From the IMG/VR virus record IMGVR_UViG_2548876858_000019: DNA of 13,031 nucleotides; one strand, given 5' to 3'. The notes under the pieces are model-generated. The model made no database searches, was not told where the DNA came from, and was given only the letters and a program-made list of their open reading frames with translations. Positions 1-6,137 of this stretch are shown here, piece by piece. Both the position numbers and the translations under genes were made by a program. The stretch's first letter is position 1. Every line of letters begins with the position of its first letter. Origin of the DNA: a virus (taxonomy: Duplodnaviria; Heunggongvirae; Uroviricota; Caudoviricetes).

Positions 1-1248
1 ATGGCACTGAATATTCCATTCAGAAATGCGTACTATCGTTTTGCATCCAGTTACTCATTTCTCTTTTTTATTTCCTGGTCGCTGTGGTGGTCGTTATACG
101 CTATTTGGCTGAAAGGACATCTAGGATTAACAGGGACGGAATTAGGTACACTTTATTCGGTCAACCAGTTTACCAGCATTCTATTTATGATGTTCTACGG
201 CATCGTTCAGGATAAACTCGGTCTGAAGAAACCGCTCATCTGGTGTATGAGTTTCATTCTGGTCTTGACCGGACCGTTTATGATTTACGTTTATGAACCG
301 TTACTGCAAAGCAATTTTTCTGTAGGTCTAATTCTGGGGGCGCTCTTTTTTGGCCTGGGGTATCTGGCGGGATGCGGTTTGCTTGACAGCTTCACCGAAA
401 AAATGGCGCGAAATTTTCATTTCGAATATGGAACAGCGCGCGCCTGGGGATCTTTTGGCTATGCTATTGGCGCGTTCTTTGCCGGTATATTTTTTAGTAT
501 CAGTCCCCATATCAACTTCTGGTTGGTCTCGCTATTTGGCGCTGTATTTATGATGATCAACATGCGTTTTAAAGATAAGGATCACCAGTGCATAGCGGCG
601 GATGCGGGAGGGGTAAAAAAAGAGGATTTTATCGCAGTTTTCAAGGATCGAAACTTCTGGGTTTTTGTCATATTTATTGTGGGGACGTGGTCTTTCTATA
701 ACATTTTTGATCAACAACTCTTTCCTGTCTTTTATGCAGGTTTATTCGAATCACACGATGTAGGAACGCGCCTGTATGGTTATCTCAACTCATTCCAGGT
801 AGTACTCGAAGCGCTGTGCATGGCGATTATTCCTTTCTTTGTGAATCGGGTAGGGCCAAAAAATGCATTACTTATCGGTGTTGTGATTATGGCGTTGCGT
901 ATCCTTTCCTGCGCGCTGTTCGTTAACCCCTGGATTATTTCATTAGTGAAGCTGTTACATGCCATTGAGGTTCCACTTTGTGTCATATCCGTCTTCAAAT
1001 ACAGCGTGGCAAACTTTGATAAGCGCCTGTCGTCGACGATCTTTCTGATTGGTTTTCAAATTGCCAGTTCGCTTGGGATTGTGCTGCTTTCAACGCCGAC
1101 TGGGATACTCTTTGACCACGCAGGCTACCAGACAGTTTTCTTCGCAATTTCGGGTATTGTCTGCCTGATGTTGCTATTTGGCATTTTCTTCCTGAGTAAA
1201 AAACGCGAGCAAATAGTTATGGAAACGCCTGTACCTTCAGCAATATAG
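1..1248 (+). CDS. cscB: LacY-family oligosaccharide:H+ symporter, sucrose permease-like
   Basis: 415-aa ORF from ATG at position 1; hydrophobic throughout in a multi-helix pattern; end-to-end resemblance to LacY-type permeases; N-terminus MALNIPFRNAYYRF and length match my recollection of E. coli CscB. Symbol is from memory, not a search. Confidence 0.75.
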   Translation: MALNIPFRNAYYRFASSYSFLFFISWSLWWSLYAIWLKGHLGLTGTELGTLYSVNQFTSILFMMFYGIVQDKLGLKKPLIWCMSFILVLTGPFMIYVYEPLLQSNFSVGLILGALFFGLGYLAGCGLLDSFTEKMARNFHFEYGTARAWGSFGYAIGAFFAGIFFSISPHINFWLVSLFGAVFMMINMRFKDKDHQCIAADAGGVKKEDFIAVFKDRNFWVFVIFIVGTWSFYNIFDQQLFPVFYAGLFESHDVGTRLYGYLNSFQVVLEALCMAIIPFFVNRVGPKNALLIGVVIMALRILSCALFVNPWIISLVKLLHAIEVPLCVISVFKYSVANFDKRLSSTIFLIGFQIASSLGIVLLSTPTGILFDHAGYQTVFFAISGIVCLMLLFGIFFLSKKREQIVMETPVPSAI

Positions 1249-1330
1249 ACGTAAACTTTTTCCGGTTGTTGTCGATATCTCCATATCCCTCAACCGGAAA
1301 ATAATAATACAAAAATGCTTAGCCCTGCTA

Positions 1331-1564
1331 ATAATCGCCTAATCCAAACGCCTCATTCATGTTCTGGTACAGTCGCTCAAATGTACTCCGGATACGCGGT
1401 TCGCTGATTTCCAGGACATTGTCGTCATTCAGCGACCTGTCCCGTGTATCACGGGCCTGCGAATTCATCAAGGAATGCATTGCAGAGTGAAGTATCGAGT
1501 CACGCCATATTTCGCTATCAGGATTCTGTATGATGGTTACATCGCCCGGCCCAGGGCTGTTTAG
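1331..1564 (-). pseudogene. possible 3' remnant of a disrupted gene (start-less open frame)
   Basis: Minus-strand frame open for about 78 codons, ending ...EISEPRIRSTFERLYQNMNEAFGLGDY at TAG (1328-1330), protein-like composition but no upstream start; lies between cscB and the att repeat. Confidence 0.2.
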
Positions 1565-1689
1565 TCATCAGCGCTTTCTGACAGTGCTGAGATTTCAACC
1601 TGTTGCAGTAAAAATGAGTAGATATAGGGCAAGTGTGCTGCCAAACCCATCTTTTACGGGGTGAAGGTAGATTTGGTTTGAAGGGTATC

Positions 1690-1711
1690 TGGTGTCCCTG
1701 CAGGAATCGAA
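1690..1711 (-). repeat. att-type direct repeat: partial copy of a tRNA 3' end (T-loop to CCA)
   Basis: Minus strand reads TTCGATTCCTGCAGGGACACCA (T-loop GTTCGATTCC, acceptor-stem 3' half, ACCA); no tRNA 5' portion upstream, so it is a partial copy; the sequence resembles what I recall of the argW tRNA-Arg 3' end; integrase start sits at the opposite end of the element. Confidence 0.6.
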
Positions 1712-1761
1712 AATGTATTTATATCTATGTTTTATAAAGGTAATTTAAGTGGTTGTTTTGT

Positions 1762-1784
1762 TGATACCATCATGGATACCATCA
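1762..1784 (+). repeat. tandem direct repeat GATACCATCA x2, candidate integrase arm-type sites
   Basis: GATACCATCAtgGATACCATCA about 50 bp inside the element from the att core. Confidence 0.3.
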
Positions 1785-2124
1785 AACGATAAAAACATCT
1801 CATTAAGGCCATAGAGATCGGCCTATTCCGTCAGTTTCAATAATGAATAGTTGGATGAAAAAACGACGGGGCAGGGGGCTGGCAAATCTGCGAAAAGGTT
1901 GAAAAATGCGCAAAAAAGTTATCACACCCCACGCATTATACAATGCTGCTCGCAAACCAGCGCCAACTCTGGGAAGTCAGGGGGATACACCCTAAAGTAT
2001 TTTTTTCATTTTATGTATACCAGAATGGCTTTAAATCACTCACCATCCAGCGCTATAACCGGGTTTAACCGTGTATACCATCCCCCATGTGATATGACGT
2101 ATTCTCATTCATAAAACCCTTTAT

Positions 2125-2200
2125 TGTATCGAATTTGACACAATACCCGCCCGCAGTAATCAGACCGTCAAGCAAATATCGTTGTACTGTTCACGACACA
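2125..2200 (+). promoter_or_regulatory. two TGT-N12-ACA dyads (Ogr/Delta-box-like) upstream of the portal gene
   Basis: TTGTATCGAATTTGACACAA (2124-2143) and TTGTACTGTTCACGACACAC (2182-2201); each has exact TGT-N12-ACA spacing and shares 14-15 of 20 positions with the dyad upstream of the sid-like gene. Confidence 0.4.
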
Positions 2201-2236
2201 CCTGATCACTCAAGAATTGTTCACAGCGAGAAAAAT

Positions 2237-3262
2237 ATGGATAACCCGGACAAAACTCCCGTACCTGAGGTCACTGTAGCAACAGAACCGCAGCCCTCTG
2301 CAGAATGCTTCACCTTTGGCGATCCCATTCCGGTACTGGACCGGCGCGAGCTGCTTGATTATGTGGAGTGCGTACAGATTGATCGCTGGTATGAACCGCC
2401 GGTCAGTTTTGCCGGGCTGGCACGTACCTACCGCGCTGCCGTGCATCACAGTTCACCAATTGCTGTTAAGCGTGACATTCTCAGCAGCACCTTCATCCCA
2501 CACCGCTTGCTCAGCCAGCAGTCTTTCGCCCGTTTCGTTCAGGATTATCTGGTGTTTGGTAATGCTTATCTGGAAAAGCGCACCAACTGGCTGGGTGATG
2601 TCCTCTCACTGGAGCCAGCGCTGGCAAAGTATACCCGGCGCGGCGTTGACCTAGAATCCTACTGGTTTGTGAACTACGGCCTGACGATGCAGCCTTATGA
2701 GTTCACCAGAGGCAACATTTTTCATCTGATGGAGCCGGATATTAACCAAGAGATTTACGGGCTGCCCGGTTATCTCTCCGCCATTCCGTCAACCCTGCTC
2801 AACGAGTCCGCAACGCTGTTCCGTCGGAAATATTACATCAACGGCAGCCATGTAGGCTTCATCATGTACATGACCGACGCTGCGCAGAATCAGGAGGATG
2901 TGAACAACATCCGCAAGGCAATGAAAAGTGCCAAAGGACCGGGCAATTTTCGCAATCTCTTTATGTACTCACCCAATGGCAAAAAAGATGGCATCCAGAT
3001 CATCCCCCTATCCGAAGTTGCGGCGAAAGATGAGTTTCTGAACATCAAGAACGTGAGCCGTGATGACATGATGGCAGCGCACCGTGTGCCACCGCAGATG
3101 ATGGGAATCATGCCGAGTAACGTTGGGGGGTTTGGAGATGTAGAAAAAGCCAGCCGTGTTTTTGTTCGCAACGAACTGATGCCGCTACAGAAGCGACTGC
3201 AGGAACTGAACGACTGGTGTGGCGAGAAAATAATTAGTTTTGAACCTTATACACTTGAGTAA
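2237..3262 (+). CDS. phage portal protein, P2 Q / PBSX-type
   Basis: 341 aa from ATG 2237 (track ORF starts at TTG 2135; trimmed); portal-like clip motif RDDMMAAHRVPPQMMGI; length close to P2 Q as I recall it; ends at TAA 3260-3262 before a terminator. Confidence 0.7.
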   Translation: MDNPDKTPVPEVTVATEPQPSAECFTFGDPIPVLDRRELLDYVECVQIDRWYEPPVSFAGLARTYRAAVHHSSPIAVKRDILSSTFIPHRLLSQQSFARFVQDYLVFGNAYLEKRTNWLGDVLSLEPALAKYTRRGVDLESYWFVNYGLTMQPYEFTRGNIFHLMEPDINQEIYGLPGYLSAIPSTLLNESATLFRRKYYINGSHVGFIMYMTDAAQNQEDVNNIRKAMKSAKGPGNFRNLFMYSPNGKKDGIQIIPLSEVAAKDEFLNIKNVSRDDMMAAHRVPPQMMGIMPSNVGGFGDVEKASRVFVRNELMPLQKRLQELNDWCGEKIISFEPYTLE

Positions 3263-3263
3263 T

Positions 3264-3289
3264 AAAAAAGCCACTGAAGTGGCTTTTTT
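3264..3289. terminator. bidirectional rho-independent terminator between portal gene and gene Y
   Basis: AAAAAAGCCAC-TGAA-GTGGCTTTTTT: GC stem with 4-nt loop flanked by A6 and T6, so a U-run follows the hairpin on both strands; 1 bp after portal stop and 8 bp after Y stop. Confidence 0.65.
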
Positions 3290-3291
3290 AT

Positions 3292-4257
3292 TTAATCGGG
3301 AAGGTTACGTAAATCGATATATGAGAAAAATGCGGCACCTTTCTCAGTTAACTCGTATCGAAGATATCGATTTTCCATTATTGGCGTTGTTTTGAGTAGG
3401 CCATGGACCATCATTAACGTGCAAACATTTCTAACCAAAAAACCAGCTAAGTCAGTCGAATTTGATCTTAACCCAGAAAGAATAGTTCCTCTATACAGCA
3501 AAATGAGTCGCATTGCTGTTGTTTTAACTGGCTCTGGAGTTTCGGATAATTTTGTCGGGATCGTTAACTGTGTATTTTCAAATAGCTTATATATTTTACT
3601 GAACTCTTCCTCAGATGGTTTTTTTACTATAGCTTTACTTTCAGGAGAACGTGCAGCTCTGAGAAGTTCAACCTCAGATTTTAAAGCTTCATTTTCCTTC
3701 GTTAGTTTAGATATTTGTTCTATTAACACACTTGACTCTGATATTTCCTTTCCAGAAACCCACCCAAGGAGATTTCTCTCGACACCAATTTGAGGAAGTG
3801 TCTTATAAATTGATATTTGTATATCTTTAATATCCCGAAAAAATTCCACCGGATACCCCTTGACCTTTTGTTTGAAAGCTTCATATTTTGTCGGGTTATC
3901 TAATTCAAGAACTTCCTTACCAACTGTTTTAACTTTTTCATCTAGATATTCGTCATCAATGACTATCGAAAATAGAGGTTTGTTTGTACTTAAAGCATAA
4001 TCATATTCGAGCTCTGTATAGCAATAATCACTGCCGGGAGCAATCGTTCCATAACGCCCTCCCAGAATAAGGATGTAGATATCTGACTCATCTATCCAGC
4101 GCTTAATAATTTCTAACTGGCTTCTGTCTCCAGGCTTAAATAGCTCCATTCCCGCAGGTATATGCCCGGCAGTTAATATGGCACTTACCGCAGCTTGCCT
4201 TTCTTCAATGAGGTCTGTAAAAGTTGATGAAATGAAAACTTGAAATTTCCTATTCAT
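3292..4257 (-). CDS. DUF4062-like domain protein with coiled-coil and C-terminal domain of unknown function (candidate defence cargo)
   Basis: 321 aa from ATG 4255-4257; N-terminus MNRKFQVFISSTFTDLIEERQAAV...ILILGGRYGTIAPGSDYCYTELEYDYA fits the FISSTF/ER/GGRYG/TExEY signature I associate with DUF4062; central coiled-coil (ISKLTKENEALKSEVELLRAA); visibly AT-rich; terminators on both sides. Confidence 0.8.
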   Translation of the reverse strand: MNRKFQVFISSTFTDLIEERQAAVSAILTAGHIPAGMELFKPGDRSQLEIIKRWIDESDIYILILGGRYGTIAPGSDYCYTELEYDYALSTNKPLFSIVIDDEYLDEKVKTVGKEVLELDNPTKYEAFKQKVKGYPVEFFRDIKDIQISIYKTLPQIGVERNLLGWVSGKEISESSVLIEQISKLTKENEALKSEVELLRAARSPESKAIVKKPSEEEFSKIYKLFENTQLTIPTKLSETPEPVKTTAMRLILLYRGTILSGLRSNSTDLAGFLVRNVCTLMMVHGLLKTTPIMENRYLRYELTEKGAAFFSYIDLRNLPD

Positions 4258-4518
4258 TTTTTATCCATATAGAGTTATTGTCATCTAACATACCTACAAA
4301 ATGCTATAGGTAAATTTAAGTTGGTATTATTAGTCTTTTACTAGTATCTAATGCTGAAAAAGTTGATGAAAGAAAGACATTAGACGCAGATACCAACATC
4401 AGAGCATAATCATATGATATAGGTTAAAGCGTGTTCAAGACCGATTAACGTAAGTTCCCTAGATCTCCCCTCAGCGCGAGCAGCCCCGCCCGCCTGCCCG
4501 CTTCGCTTAACAGAATGG

Positions 4519-4632
4519 TTTTCATGCACCCCGTAAATCGCCTCAGGAGCCGCCACACAAGGGCTTTCACGTCAAAAATGATGCATGAGACTCATGCGTT
4601 TTCATGCGCCATAGACATGCACTCATGCGCTC
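4519..4632. repeat. cluster of CATGC-containing direct repeats (TTTTCATGC x2, ACTCATGCG x2, six CATGC cores)
   Basis: Seen at 4519-4527, 4599-4607 (TTTTCATGC) and 4589-4597, 4621-4629 (ACTCATGCG), plus further CATGC at 4583 and 4616; intergenic between Delta terminator and Y promoter region. Confidence 0.35.
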
Positions 4633-4656
4633 TCAGGCCAGCCAGGAAAAAGGCGT

Positions 4657-4683
4657 AAAAAATCCCGGTGCCGGGCCGGGATT
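4657..4683 (-). terminator. rho-independent terminator of the sid-delta operon
   Basis: AATCCCGG-(7 nt)-CCGGGATT hairpin 4661-4683, followed on the minus strand by TTTTTTACGCC; 21 bp downstream of the Delta stop. Confidence 0.6.
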
Positions 4684-4703
4684 AGGTAGGCGTTTTTTGC
4701 TAA

Positions 4704-4976
4704 TCAGACAGGGATTTGCTGGCGGCTTGATAACTTTGATGCAGAGCCATAGCGATTGAGCGTTTGCTGTTGTTTTTCCGGCATTTGTGCTTTGTCTGAT
4801 TCCTGTTCATTGCGCCGGGGCTTCATAATTATCTTATCCACACTTTCCAGAGCGGTAAATGTGCAGGAACATTCAAGATTCTGGCACTGATACCATGAGC
4901 GTTTAACCGACGGTGCTTCATAGGCGGTGGTTCTGGCGTGTGCAACGGTGCCGCATTCAGGACATTTCAGCGCCAT
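4704..4976 (-). CDS. Ogr/Delta-family zinc-finger late-gene transcription activator
   Basis: 90 aa, MALKCPECGTVAHARTTAY...YQCQNLECSCTF: C-x2-C...C-x4-C motif and overall pattern of P2 Ogr / P4 Delta; ATG overlaps the TGA of the upstream sid-like gene (ATGA). Confidence 0.85.
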   Translation of the reverse strand: MALKCPECGTVAHARTTAYEAPSVKRSWYQCQNLECSCTFTALESVDKIIMKPRRNEQESDKAQMPEKQQQTLNRYGSASKLSSRQQIPV

Positions 4977-5737
4977 CAGATACCCTCCATATCACGGTTA
5001 CGTTTCTGCAGCTCTTCACGTTCCTGACGGATCTTCATTTTGTGAAGGGCCGCCGGTGACGGGATTTTGCTTAAATCGACACGAGCCGCATAATCCGGCG
5101 CAACGCCCGCCAGTTTAAACACAGGGTCCAGTTCCGGCATCGCAGTGTTAGCAAGAGCCGGTTTGGTGATATGTTTGTGAATAAAGTCTTTCAGCAGTGT
5201 GTCCGGGTCATTAACTGAATTCACCACCCCCACAACGGCACTGGCTTCCCGCCCCATTGTGGTTTTGAGCAGGCTCAGTGTCTGGATTAACGCCTTACCA
5301 TGCGCCTGCATGAAGTCTTCCCAGATTTGCTTTGCGCGAATTTCCACAAGGGTGTTATGTGCGCTGATATACTGCCCGGCTAATTTCCCGGCTTCCTGCG
5401 GTAATAAGGCATTTTCGCTTTCCTGAGCTGCCAGCAGTTCATCAAAATCCTCAAGCGTTTCTCGTCCCAGCGCAATTTCCGTGCGCAGTTTTTTCATTTC
5501 CTTTGAGACTACGCCCTGACTTTCACGAAACAGCGTGCGCCACTCCTCATTCAGCGCGTTCGTCGTGGCTTCCATTTCAGCCCGGCGCTGGCGGATTGTC
5601 GCAATATTATCCGCTGCCGCTTTCTGCCGACGACGTGCTTCAAGCCATGCGCTTCTGGCTGTATTCAGGGTTTCCATTGCCTGCTGCGTTACAGCCGGAA
5701 AAGTGGAAAGGTTGTTATTCTCTGCGGTGTTGTTCAT
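4976..5737 (-). CDS. Sid/Psu-family protein (P4 capsid size determination-like; Psu-like not excluded)
   Basis: 253 aa, coiled-coil rich; segment AGQYISAHNTLVEIRAKQIWEDFMQAHGKALIQTL matches the Psu/Sid family pattern as I recall it; sits directly upstream of and coupled to delta as sid does in P4; AGGAGA Shine-Dalgarno before ATG 5735-5737. Confidence 0.65.
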   Translation of the reverse strand: MNNTAENNNLSTFPAVTQQAMETLNTARSAWLEARRRQKAAADNIATIRQRRAEMEATTNALNEEWRTLFRESQGVVSKEMKKLRTEIALGRETLEDFDELLAAQESENALLPQEAGKLAGQYISAHNTLVEIRAKQIWEDFMQAHGKALIQTLSLLKTTMGREASAVVGVVNSVNDPDTLLKDFIHKHITKPALANTAMPELDPVFKLAGVAPDYAARVDLSKIPSPAALHKMKIRQEREELQKRNRDMEGI

Positions 5738-5771
5738 GACTTCTCCTGCCGGGTTGGTTCGTTACGTCAAT

Positions 5772-5827
5772 TGTGTCGTGACTGACACAAGCGCACTATC
5801 GGCGCTCAGTGTGTGGTGGCTGGCACA
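5772..5827 (-). promoter_or_regulatory. Psid-like late promoter with two Delta-box dyads
   Basis: TGT-N12-ACA at 5772-5789 (within TTGTGTCGTGACTGACACAA) and at 5810-5827; centres 38 bp apart and about 43 and 81 bp upstream of the sid-like ATG, consistent with activator sites near -18 and -55. Confidence 0.55.
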
Positions 5828-5914
5828 ACGGGCGTTTGCGGTTATTCAGACGCGGCCATGACAGCCAGCCAGATAAAAATGCCTCTGTTTCAGCCTGCTT
5901 TATGTCCCGGATGC

Positions 5915-6110
5915 GGTGAAACAGGTGGAACAGGTGTTACAGCATTGTTTTGTAAAACATTTATATGCACATCACAGGTGAAACATCGCAGGTAACAAGG
6001 TGGAACAGCGGATCGGCTGGCGTTCCACCTGTTCCACCTCACTATTTCAGAAGGTGAAACAGGTTTAGCCCTTGTAAAATACGGGTGTTCCACCTGTTTC
6101 ACCTGTTACC
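5915..6110. repeat. iteron array, candidate replication origin / crr-like site
   Basis: At least nine copies of the 9-mer GGTG(A/G)AACA or its complement TGTT(C/T)CACC: plus orientation at 5915, 5924, 5977, 5999, 6053; minus orientation at 6021/6030, 6086, 6095, with tandem pairs; AT-rich stretch 5941-5970 in the middle; 28 bp downstream of the primase stop. Confidence 0.7.
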
Positions 6111-6137
6111 CTTAATAAATAAGACTCACGCAAAGCC

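Noticed and set aside
328-998. Small ORFs on both strands inside cscB
   Set aside because: Embedded in the 415-aa permease frame.
1258-1301. 11-bp inverted repeat TTTTCCGGTTG / CAACCGGAAAA after cscB as a terminator
   Set aside because: Loop is about 22 nt, atypical for an intrinsic terminator; may be a REP-like or fortuitous palindrome.
1851-2114. 87-aa plus-strand ORF upstream of the portal gene
   Set aside because: No Shine-Dalgarno, low-complexity translation, and it lies in the att-proximal/promoter region.
2135-2236. N-terminal extension of the portal ORF in the track (375 aa from position 2135)
   Set aside because: The codon at 2135-2137 is TTG; the first ATG (2237) gives 341 aa, close to P2 Q length, and the extension overlaps the dyad/promoter region.
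3392-3793. 133-aa plus-strand ORF inside gene Y
   Set aside because: Antisense to a gene with a strong family signature; no ribosome-binding site; typical shadow ORF in AT-rich coding DNA.
4470-4500. GC-rich tract as a candidate cos site
   Set aside because: Only partial resemblance to the P2/P4 cohesive-end sequence as I remember it; not callable without alignment. Kept as an open question in the findings.
5199-5995. Plus-strand ORFs antisense to the sid-like gene and across its promoter
   Set aside because: Overlap a well-supported minus-strand gene and the dyad-containing promoter; no start context; junk-like composition.
5890-6102. 70-aa minus-strand ORF over the iteron array
   Set aside because: Its repetitive peptide (VPPVSP, RWNRWN) simply mirrors the DNA iterons; region is better explained as a replication origin.
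5915-6110. Iteron array as a CRISPR array
   Set aside because: Repeat unit is only 9 bp, copies occur in both orientations and often in tandem with no uniform spacers; no cas genes.
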